In this document: piece after piece, positions 14,315 through 21,662 of the stretch
Numbering within the stretch: position 1 is the stretch's first letter
Layout: every line of letters starts with the position of its first letter
Assembly: GCA_964477415.1 (NCBI GenBank)
Contig: CAYZDT010000001.1
Span: forward strand, 1-26,198
DNA: 26,198 nucleotides
Direction of reading: 5' to 3'
Source of the DNA: an uncultured Candidatus Saccharibacteria bacterium
GTDB taxonomy: Bacteria > Patescibacteriota > Minisyncoccia > Phycocordibacterales > Phycocordibacteraceae
Translations under genes and position numbers: made by a program
The notes under the pieces: model-generated
Database searches by the model: none
What the model saw: the letters and a program-made list of their open reading frames with translations, nothing else
Told to the model about the DNA's origin: nothing

Positions 14315-15364
14315 TCAGGAGGACGATTCTTTCACTTCCGCTCCCGACTCCATAATCGCCAATTCAAGCGGTACTTCGGGGACCGGCGAGCGCGCGGTTT
14401 CAATCGAAGCCGCAATAACCCTGCGCAGAGTTTCCGAATTTATTTTTGACGCCGAATCCTTTGCCTGAAGCAGGAGGAACTCCCGGTCCATATCAGGCAA
14501 ATCAGCAGCCAATTCTGCACCAAATTCCGGCGCGTAGCGCATGAGAAGAAGAATCCTTAGCCGCTGAAGCAGGAGCATGCAAAACACTCCCATGTCGGCA
14601 TTCGCTCGTACGGCCTCGCCTACGGCGGAGAGCGCGTCTTCGGCTTCCCCTTTCGACAGACCGGAAATGACGCGCTGCACCAGCGCAATCTTGGGTGCGC
14701 CGGTAATTTCAATCACTTCCTCCAGGCTTACTTTTTTATCGGACGAAGAAGACGTTATCTTCTGCAGGGTCGACAAGGTATCCCGAAACGACCCGTCGCC
14801 CAAAAATGCAATGAGCTCGGCTGATGCGGGTTCCAATGCGAATCCTTCCGCCTTTGCGACTTTAACGACCATGCCGGCAAGAACTTTCTGAGTTGGTTTT
14901 TTGAACGTAAATACCTGGCAGCGCGACGCGATAGTTTCCGGCACTTTATCCAGCTCCGTCGTCGCGAGAATGAACGACACATGCGCGGGCGGTTCCTCCA
15001 AAAGTTTCAGGAAGGCGTTGAACGCTCCTTTCGAAAGCATGTGCACTTCGTCGATTATGTACACCTTGCGCTCGGATTCAAACGGCAAGGCCGCCGCTTC
15101 CTCCCTGAGCTGTCGGATATTATCGACGCCCGTGTAGGTCGCGGCGTCTATCTCTGCGATATCGGCGTTTTTTGCGCCTAATTCGCGCGCGAGTATGCGC
15201 GCAACAGACGTCTTTCCCGTACCGCGAGAACCGACGAATAGATACGCGTGCCCCGCATTCTTTTCGGAAAGCGCGCCTTTCAGAGCGGCGACGATATGGT
15301 CCTGGCCGAGGACTTCTTTAAAAGTCGATGGGCGGTATTTTTGATAGAGGGATGCGTCCGACAC
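14315..15364 (-). CDS. dnaX: DNA polymerase III clamp-loader subunit gamma/tau (short form, no Zn module)
   Basis: LYQKYRPSTFKEVLGQDHI, HAYLFVGSRGTGKTS (Walker A), IIDEVHMLS (Walker B), FNAFLKLLEEPP, ETIASRCQ (SRC), GDGSFRD; GTG start with TGC-TATACT 6 nt upstream. Confidence 0.95.
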   Translation of the reverse strand: MSDASLYQKYRPSTFKEVLGQDHIVAALKGALSEKNAGHAYLFVGSRGTGKTSVARILARELGAKNADIAEIDAATYTGVDNIRQLREEAAALPFESERKVYIIDEVHMLSKGAFNAFLKLLEEPPAHVSFILATTELDKVPETIASRCQVFTFKKPTQKVLAGMVVKVAKAEGFALEPASAELIAFLGDGSFRDTLSTLQKITSSSSDKKVSLEEVIEITGAPKIALVQRVISGLSKGEAEDALSAVGEAVRANADMGVFCMLLLQRLRILLLMRYAPEFGAELAADLPDMDREFLLLQAKDSASKINSETLRRVIAASIETARSPVPEVPLELAIMESGAEVKESSS

Positions 15365-15382
15365 CCCTAGAGTATAGCAATT

Positions 15383-15634
15383 CTACTTACCGAGTAGAAT
15401 GCGCTTGGCTTCAGCTTCGGCATCTTGCTGCTCGGCAGGCAAGCCGTCGTATCCTTGGCGGCCGTCCTCATGGTCTATGCCGACGGCGCGCACCTTCTTC
15501 TTTTTCGGATCAAGAACGAACCAATACAGATACCCGCTCGGTTTTTTGACGATAACCGCGGTGCCTTCCGCCGATTCAAAAGGAACGCCGATAGGCGCAT
15601 TCAGCTTAAACGGCTCTCCTCCCGGCTCAGTCAT
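15383..15634 (-). CDS. Small hypothetical protein, 83 aa
   Basis: Fills the gap co-directionally; ATGA overlap with the upstream ORF. Confidence 0.6.
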   Translation of the reverse strand: MTEPGGEPFKLNAPIGVPFESAEGTAVIVKKPSGYLYWFVLDPKKKKVRAVGIDHEDGRQGYDGLPAEQQDAEAEAKRILLGK

Positions 15635-15882
15635 ACCTTTTTAAAGCGAAAGCGGGCGTTATTTCTTCCAGCCTCGGCAAGCCACTCGCGCGCGGTGCGG
15701 AGCGCAAGGCCCTTCTGTATGCCGTTTACATCGCGCAAGTCGTGTCCGGACTGAGCAAACATATCTCCCGGTGCCAGCGTCCCGTCAACTTCAAGATTGA
15801 ATTCAAACATAGCCGTGGGTCCCTCAACCTCTATGCGGCGTGAACGCGAGCGAAACACAGCGGAAAACGCTTCGGTATTCAT
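15631..15882 (-). CDS. Small hypothetical protein, 83 aa
   Basis: Co-directional, translationally coupled to 15383-15634; no recognised motif. Confidence 0.55.
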   Translation of the reverse strand: MNTEAFSAVFRSRSRRIEVEGPTAMFEFNLEVDGTLAPGDMFAQSGHDLRDVNGIQKGLALRTAREWLAEAGRNNARFRFKKV

Positions 15883-15918
15883 GTGGAAGTTATGCCATTT
15901 TCAGGCAGTATCCGCAAG

Positions 15919-16758
15919 TCATGCGATAAGCCCTGCCAATTTCATCGCGCGTATCATGCGCGTTACGCCGATGCCCCCGCCGCAGCGCGGAATGAATTTG
16001 CGTTTCAGGAATTCTTCCAGTTCTTTTTCTACCCGATCTTTGCCGAACTGCGCGTACAAGGTGTTCGCGTACATGCCGTTTGAAATCGTATGGAAGAGTT
16101 CATTCATCTCTTCCGGATTCGTACTGCGTTCAGCCGAGCCGACCGTCTCAATGCCGTACATGATGACGTCGATTTTCTTCGCGTACTCGCCGTCTTTCTT
16201 CATGTTCCAAAAGGGCGACGTGTACTGCGGGAAATTCTTCAGAAACGTTATCGGCGCGTAATCGTCCTTCATTTTCGCCTCTTCCTGCGCTTTTATTTCC
16301 TCGACTCCGTATTTTTTCGCCGCATCGACGTAATTCACTTCCTTAAAACTCGACGCATTGCCGAACCCCATCGCCTCGAGCATTTCCGTCTCGAGCTTCT
16401 GCAACTCCTCTATCCCGCCGTGCGTCTCGAACTCGAACATCGGAAATATAAGATTGTGGCGGCCCGCTATCGGATGCGCTTCGTTTCGGTAAGAGGTCGT
16501 AATGCAGTAGTAACCGGGCGCCTCGGGCTTTGTCAGAAGTTCGTACTCAAGCCACATCTGCCCCGTCTGCGGGAGCGGCCACACTTTGCCCGCGTAATTG
16601 AACGTGCCGATTGTGGTCGGATCTTCGCACGCAGCTAAAATCGACAGGCGGTGCTGGACGGGCGTTTCTAAAAAGCCTTTGCTTCTGAAAAAATTCCGCA
16701 TCGCGGTTACCGCGGCGTCGTACTCTTTGGGCTCTATGAGGTCTATGTTCGGATGCAT
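15919..16758 (-). CDS. Class II aaRS catalytic-domain-only paralog (AsnRS-derived; asparagine synthetase/AsnRS2-like)
   Basis: Motif 1 MRNFFRSKGFLETP, SILAACEDP, motif 2 YRNEAHPIAGRHNLIFPMFEFE, GIETVGSAER, motif 3 GGGIGVTRM; no N-terminal OB-fold. Start at ATG 16758 (279 aa). Confidence 0.82.
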   Translation of the reverse strand: MHPNIDLIEPKEYDAAVTAMRNFFRSKGFLETPVQHRLSILAACEDPTTIGTFNYAGKVWPLPQTGQMWLEYELLTKPEAPGYYCITTSYRNEAHPIAGRHNLIFPMFEFETHGGIEELQKLETEMLEAMGFGNASSFKEVNYVDAAKKYGVEEIKAQEEAKMKDDYAPITFLKNFPQYTSPFWNMKKDGEYAKKIDVIMYGIETVGSAERSTNPEEMNELFHTISNGMYANTLYAQFGKDRVEKELEEFLKRKFIPRCGGGIGVTRMIRAMKLAGLIA

Positions 16759-16796
16759 ATTTTTTTGCGTTATGTGTAATGTTTGATAAACGAGGT

Positions 16797-16823
16797 AAAA
16801 AAAAGCCCCTCTAGAGGGGCTTT
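16797..16823 (-). terminator. Intrinsic terminator ending the pyrE-deaminase-argH operon
   Basis: Perfect 22-bp palindrome AAAGCCCCTCTAGAGGGGCTTT (16802-16823) plus T8 on the minus strand; contains the argH stop. Confidence 0.85.
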
Positions 16824-18097
16824 GATATCTTGTACTTCTGTAACTGCAAATTCCCGGGGCCTCCGATAGAGGTAACCTCCTTAAGGGCGGCAACGGGGTC
16901 CGGCACGGTCAAATCTGCGAGATGTTCCTTCACCTGCTGGTACGCATCCCTGAAGGGCATTCCTTTTTTAACGAGCTTATTCGCCTCTGAAGTCGCGAAT
17001 AATTCGGGCGACAGCGATTTCATAAGGACTTCCTCCTTCGGCTTCACTGCCGCCATAACCAAAGCCATGATTTCGAGCGACCGGCGCGCGATGCCCATGC
17101 CTTTTATCAGCGGCTCCTTGGTGAGCTGGGTATCGCGGTTGTAACCGGAAATCGCTGCACGCGCCACTTCTTTCACCTGCGTCTGCAAAGAGACAATAAC
17201 GCCGACGTTGCCGCGAACGATTTCAAAGACGTCCGGATTTCTCTTCTGCGGCATGATTGACGAGCCGGTCGTAAACTGGAGAGGCAAATCAAAGAAATTG
17301 AATTCGGGGGTCGTGAACCAGATCATTTCTGATGCAAGACGTCCCAAGGTCATGGTGATTTTTGTCAGAACCGAAAGGATGTAGGACTCGACGGGACCGC
17401 GCGAGTTGACCGCGTATAAGGAATTGACCTGGAGGCGTTCGAAACCGAGAAGCTTCGTGGTGAGCTCCCGGTCCAAGGGCAGGTTCACGCCGAAACCGGC
17501 GGCGGCGCCCAGCGGGTTTTGGTCATTCAGGCGGTAGGCGGACTCGAGAATCATGTGGTCGTTTATCAACTCTTCGAGATAGGCAGCCGCCCAGTGGCCA
17601 ACAGACGAAGGCATAGCGCGGCGCGTGTGGGTGTAGCCGGGCATCGGAACGAATTCGTATTTTTTGGCCATTGCGAGGAACACTTTCTGAAGGCGTATCA
17701 ATTCTTCGCTGATTTGCTTCAGTTTCTTTCTGGTGTAGAGGCGGGTTGCAACCAGAACCTGATCGTTGCGGCTTCTTCCCGTATGGATTTTCTTGCCCAA
17801 GGTGCCGAGCTTTTTAACCAGATAGTTTTCAATCGCAGTATGGCCGTCCTCGTCGGAGCGTTCGATGACGAACTTTCCTTTCTCATGCAAAGCGAGAATC
17901 TCGTTGAGACCCTTCGTCAGTTTCGCCAGTTCCGCTTTCGTTATGATTTTCGCCTTAAGGAGGGCCTGCGCGTGCGCCTTCGACGCCTCAATGTCGTACG
18001 GCAAAAGCCTCAAATCGAGAATGTAGTCGTTGCCGACGGTGTACTGCTCCGCAAGAGGATGGAGCTTGGTCGATTTAGTCTGCCAGAGTTTTGCCAT
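16811..18097 (-). CDS. argH: Argininosuccinate lyase
   Basis: EDGHTAIE, IHTGRSRNDQV, MPGYTH, FTTGSSIMPQKRNPD, GYNRDTQ, GMPFRDAY. Start at ATG 18097 (MAKLWQ). Confidence 0.92.
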   Translation of the reverse strand: MAKLWQTKSTKLHPLAEQYTVGNDYILDLRLLPYDIEASKAHAQALLKAKIITKAELAKLTKGLNEILALHEKGKFVIERSDEDGHTAIENYLVKKLGTLGKKIHTGRSRNDQVLVATRLYTRKKLKQISEELIRLQKVFLAMAKKYEFVPMPGYTHTRRAMPSSVGHWAAAYLEELINDHMILESAYRLNDQNPLGAAAGFGVNLPLDRELTTKLLGFERLQVNSLYAVNSRGPVESYILSVLTKITMTLGRLASEMIWFTTPEFNFFDLPLQFTTGSSIMPQKRNPDVFEIVRGNVGVIVSLQTQVKEVARAAISGYNRDTQLTKEPLIKGMGIARRSLEIMALVMAAVKPKEEVLMKSLSPELFATSEANKLVKKGMPFRDAYQQVKEHLADLTVPDPVAALKEVTSIGGPGNLQLQKYKISKPL

Positions 18098-18108
18098 GCG
18101 TTTGTACT

Positions 18109-19086
18109 TTATTTGTAATTGAGTAATGTATGTCCGTTTGAAGACGCAATCGCCACCAATTCGTCGAACTTGTAGAAGCGGCACGCCTCCATAAGAAAGC
18201 GCAGCTCAGTCCACATGTCGCCGTCGACGTACGGCTCGTAGAAATCGCATACGTTATCAACGCCGAGGCCCACCAGGACGCCCGCTTCAAGCATTTCAGG
18301 AACATTCGCAATCGAGTTGTGAACGGGCGCGGTTTTATCGTCCAATTGGCGCATGGACAAAGCCGCCGTCGGACACACCGCAACCGCGATTCCCAATTCA
18401 GCAAACCGTTTGTAAATCATTGCGCGGTATTCCTTAGGCTGAGCCGAGGTCGAAATTGCATGGACCGCGACCGTCCTGCCCTGATATCCGTGCCGCTCAA
18501 CCGCATCCGCCAGTTTCTCCGAATCGCGTTCGTCGGGATTGTTTTCCTGATCGATGTGCACGTGAACCGGCTTGTCCAGCTTTTTCGCTATTTCAAAAAG
18601 TATATCTAGATTCTCTACATCGTTCGGGCGGTCTTTCGAGGGCAGCCCGCCCGCAATATCCGCCTTCGCGGTGATTTCTTCATAGAGGGCGCGCGCTGCG
18701 GGGTCAACTAATCCGCCTAGAGGCTGGGTAATTATCTTTACGTCGATTTTCCCCTTGTATTCGGCTTTTACTTTAACCGCGGCGTCTATCGCTTTATGCC
18801 CCACCGCGTCATACGCATCGACGAACGTGCAGGTCGCGGTCGCGCCTTGCGCGACAAGCATGTCCAGGCCGCGGCGGATGCGCGCCTCAACCTCTTCCTG
18901 AGATGAGTTCCGCTTGATGTCGTCCGACATCAGCCATTTCTGCTCCATATCCACCATCGACTTATCAAGCCCTTCTTTGGTGATGTAGTACGCCTTATCG
19001 AAGTGCGCGTGGCAGTTCGCGAAGCCGCCCTTCTCTTTAATGGCGGCGAGCATCTGCGTCTTCAAATCCCAAGGTGCGTTCGTCAT
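18109..19086 (-). CDS. Amidohydrolase-superfamily metallo-deaminase (cytosine deaminase CodA-like)
   Basis: NCHAHFDKA (HxH), IAGGLP, VHVHIDQ, VAVHAIS, CPTA, GLGVDNVCD; lacks the N-terminal beta-sandwich. Confidence 0.82.
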   Translation of the reverse strand: MTNAPWDLKTQMLAAIKEKGGFANCHAHFDKAYYITKEGLDKSMVDMEQKWLMSDDIKRNSSQEEVEARIRRGLDMLVAQGATATCTFVDAYDAVGHKAIDAAVKVKAEYKGKIDVKIITQPLGGLVDPAARALYEEITAKADIAGGLPSKDRPNDVENLDILFEIAKKLDKPVHVHIDQENNPDERDSEKLADAVERHGYQGRTVAVHAISTSAQPKEYRAMIYKRFAELGIAVAVCPTAALSMRQLDDKTAPVHNSIANVPEMLEAGVLVGLGVDNVCDFYEPYVDGDMWTELRFLMEACRFYKFDELVAIASSNGHTLLNYK

Positions 19087-19715
19087 ACTTTTTGAGGATG
19101 TTCTTTTAAATACTTCGCACCATGACCGACTTCGGTGTTTATCGGCACGGTTGCCTTACAGAGTGGACATTCTTCTGCTGCGTACGTTTCCGCAGGTACT
19201 TCCGCAAGCCACGCAAGCGGCGCTCCCACCACCTCGCTTGTTATTTTTTTAGTATCGCGGTTTACGATAACGCACGCCTGTACCACGTTACCACCCGCGT
19301 CGCGTACTGGTTTGATGGCGCGGCCGACCGAAAGTCCGGTTGCCGTCGTATCCTCGATAACGAGCACGTTTTTACCAGCTACAACCTTATCGTAGCCACG
19401 TTTAAAAATCTGATTCTCTTCCTTATCCTTTTCGGTATACACAGACAGGACTTCCCTGCCAGTCGCCTTGGAAAGATAGTATGCGGTCCAGTGACCTAAA
19501 ATAATGGCGCCCATTGCAGGCGCCGAAACGATATCAATATCCAAACTTTTGTTTTTCTCGGCAAATAACTCGCCGATACGGGCTGTTTCTGCAGGATGTA
19601 CTAAAAGCGCGTCTTTATTTACGTAAATCGCCATGTGGCGACCTGACGTTCCGACAAAATGCCCCTCGAGGACGGCGCCAACTTTCTTTAGTATCTGTAT
19701 TACTTCTTCCTGCAT
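19083..19715 (-). CDS. pyrE: Orotate phosphoribosyltransferase-like type I PRTase
   Basis: GHFVGTSGRHMAIYVNK, APAMGAI, YTEK, VLVIEDTTATGLS (PRPP loop). Confidence 0.85.
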   Translation of the reverse strand: MQEEVIQILKKVGAVLEGHFVGTSGRHMAIYVNKDALLVHPAETARIGELFAEKNKSLDIDIVSAPAMGAIILGHWTAYYLSKATGREVLSVYTEKDKEENQIFKRGYDKVVAGKNVLVIEDTTATGLSVGRAIKPVRDAGGNVVQACVIVNRDTKKITSEVVGAPLAWLAEVPAETYAAEECPLCKATVPINTEVGHGAKYLKEHPQKV

Positions 19716-19736
19716 ATAGGCCTGCTCTGCCGCGTT

Positions 19737-19793
19737 TTAAAAAAATACACCCGCCGTGGGTGTTTTTATTTTTTTAATAACCGCGGAGGTCAT
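19737..19793 (-). CDS. Putative leaderless leader peptide MTSAVIKKIKTPTAGVFF (18 aa) spanning the pyrE-upstream terminator
   Basis: ATG 9 nt after the -10 box; the frame runs through both hairpins and ends in TTT TTT TAA at the U-tract. Confidence 0.5.
   Translation of the reverse strand: MTSAVIKKIKTPTAGVFF
19739..19767 (-). terminator. Terminator/attenuator hairpin upstream of pyrE
   Basis: Minus strand ACACCC-ACGGC-GGGTGT-A-TTTTTTT, ending 23 nt before the pyrE ATG. Confidence 0.75.
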
Positions 19794-19802
19794 TAAAGCC
19801 TT

Positions 19803-19831
19803 AGTATAGGGGGTCTTCGTTCCGTTGTCAA
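19803..19831 (-). promoter_or_regulatory. Sigma70-type promoter of the pyrE operon
   Basis: TTGACA (19831-19826) - 17 nt - TATACT (19808-19803). Confidence 0.85.
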
Positions 19832-19832
19832 T

Positions 19833-20834
19833 CTATGCAAAGTAATTATCCACTATTCGTGCGACTTCCCCGGCGTCTTTCGCGTCCATGAGGCGTCCGC
19901 GCAGCTCTGCGGCGTTGTCGAAACCGTTTACGTAGGCTTTGTAGTGCTTCTTCATAAGCGCGAACGATTTGTGCGGTAAAAGCTCCTCAAAGAGTTTCGT
20001 ATGCTCTACCATCACTTCAAGGCGTTTCTTGAGAGCCTGCCTATCGTTACTATATATAGTAGCAGTTGCTTCGGGCGGGAACGGCTCGGCAAAAAGCCAT
20101 GGATTGCCGAATATCGCGCGCCCAAGCATGACGCCGTCCGCGCCGCTCTCTTCCGCGCGCTTTCTCGCGTCTGGAATGTCCGCCGCATCGCCGTTCCCGA
20201 GTATCAGAACCTCGGGCGCCAGCTCATCCCGGATTTGAACCGCCCGGGCGACCTTCTCCCACTGCGCGGGAACTAAAGACATCTCTTTCCGCGTGCGCGC
20301 ATGAATCGTAAGCGCGGCGGGATGTGCGGACAAGAGATGCGGAACCCACGTCTCGAGTTCATTTTTGTTATAGCCGATTCTCGTCTTGACCGAGACGGGT
20401 AATCCCTTCGCGCCCTTCTTCGCCGCTTCTATGACTTCTTTCGCCAACTCGGGCGTTTTTATCATCGCTGCGCCTGCGCCCTGTTTCTCAATCGAACGGT
20501 CGGGGCATCCCATGTTGATATCAACACCGTCGAATCCGAGTTCGTTCGCCAGTGCGGCCGCCTTTTCCATCATTTCTGGCTTAGAAGAGAAAAACTGCGC
20601 GACAATCGGTCGCTCTGATTCCGAATACATCAAATCCGCAAGAAGCTTCTTTCTGCCCTCCTCAGGCGCGCGTACCAATCCGTCCGCCGAGACGAACTCA
20701 GTCCACATGGCGCCCATGACGCCGGGTTTTGAGTATTTCGCGATAATGCGCCGAAACGATGCGTCTGTAACATCCGCTAAGGGCGCCAAAACGAAAAACG
20801 GCTTTTTTAGATGTGCCCAAAATCCTCGACTCAT
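19833..20834 (-). CDS. dus: tRNA-dihydrouridine synthase (DusB-like)
   Basis: LAPLADVTD, WTEFVS, PIVAQFF, VDINMGCP, GAGAAMIK, PVSVKTRIG, LTIHART, GNGD, GVMLGRAIFGNPWLF. Confidence 0.93.
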   Translation of the reverse strand: MSRGFWAHLKKPFFVLAPLADVTDASFRRIIAKYSKPGVMGAMWTEFVSADGLVRAPEEGRKKLLADLMYSESERPIVAQFFSSKPEMMEKAAALANELGFDGVDINMGCPDRSIEKQGAGAAMIKTPELAKEVIEAAKKGAKGLPVSVKTRIGYNKNELETWVPHLLSAHPAALTIHARTRKEMSLVPAQWEKVARAVQIRDELAPEVLILGNGDAADIPDARKRAEESGADGVMLGRAIFGNPWLFAEPFPPEATATIYSNDRQALKKRLEVMVEHTKLFEELLPHKSFALMKKHYKAYVNGFDNAAELRGRLMDAKDAGEVARIVDNYFA

Positions 20835-20870
20835 GCCGAGAGCCTAGCACGGACGGCCGCTACTGTCCGC

Positions 20871-21662
20871 TTATTCGCCTTTAAATTTGACGTAGACTTT
20901 GTTGCCGTAACGGAAATCGGCGTATTCAAAATCAGACTTGCTTTTGAAATTCTGAGAGGCAAATACGGATGCGATGTTTTCCAAGGTCGCCTCGGTGTCT
21001 TCGGTCCTTACAAACTTCAGTTCGCCTCCTTCGGCAAACGCGAGCGTTACGTCGTTATTGGCGTCAATTGAAACTGTTTTCGGCGTACGCGAAGCGGTCT
21101 GAGCACTATCTTCGACGAACGCATGAAGCCCGTCAAAGTCGGGCAGCGTTGCGCCGATGCCCCCTTCCGCCCCTCCGGAATAGACGACGTATCCGTCGGA
21201 GTCCGCGGCGGGAGCAAACATAAATCCGTCTTTGTCCATATCGAAGCACTCGGTATCCGAGCACCAGACGGCTGCGGTCGCCCGTTCAGTCAGCATGACA
21301 AGAAGCGTATGCGGATCTTTTTGGGTGAGTTTTGTTTCAAGGACGACGGGAAACGCTTCCGCAATGCCGTCCGCTATCGCGCCGCGCGGCGCGACGAAAG
21401 AATTAGAATGCGGAATCAAAAATCCGTAGGAGCCGGAAAGCTTTTCTTGTACCAGTTGCTTCACCGCCTCCGCATCGGCGCGTTCGGCGCCGGAGACCGC
21501 CACGTCGGTCAGCTGAAAGTTAGAAAGGCGCGAGACAAAGAAGACGCCTACGAATACGAGAATGACCGCCAGAGTCGCGACCGAGAGCTTCATCCACATC
21601 GCCCGGCGCCTTCTGTCGCGAAGACGGAGACGGGGCTGGACGGGCTGAACTCTCTTTCTCAC
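20871..21662 (-). CDS. ftsQ: Cell division protein FtsQ/DivIB-like
   Basis: Basic cytoplasmic tail, single TM, POTRA-like FQLTDVAVSGAE, C-terminal YADFRYGNKVYVK; GTGA overlap with the serS stop. Confidence 0.7.
   Translation of the reverse strand: MRKRVQPVQPRLRLRDRRRRAMWMKLSVATLAVILVFVGVFFVSRLSNFQLTDVAVSGAERADAEAVKQLVQEKLSGSYGFLIPHSNSFVAPRGAIADGIAEAFPVVLETKLTQKDPHTLLVMLTERATAAVWCSDTECFDMDKDGFMFAPAADSDGYVVYSGGAEGGIGATLPDFDGLHAFVEDSAQTASRTPKTVSIDANNDVTLAFAEGGELKFVRTEDTEATLENIASVFASQNFKSKSDFEYADFRYGNKVYVKFKGE

Noticed and set aside
14731-14737. AAAAAAG slippery heptamer in dnaX (gamma/tau frameshift)
   Set aside because: Phase is AAA AAA G rather than A AAA AAG, it lies mid-protein, and there is no tau extension to regulate.
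15919-16758. EF-P lysyl ligase EpmA
   Set aside because: Motifs (GIETVGSAER, GGGIGVTRM) resemble AsnRS/AspRS rather than the LysRS-derived ELANGF signature.
19760-19796. preQ1-I riboswitch or PyrR-binding loop
   Set aside because: Stem plus A-tail is superficially similar, but the 5-nt loop cannot form the pseudoknot, and the PyrR ARUCCNGNGAGGYU consensus is absent.
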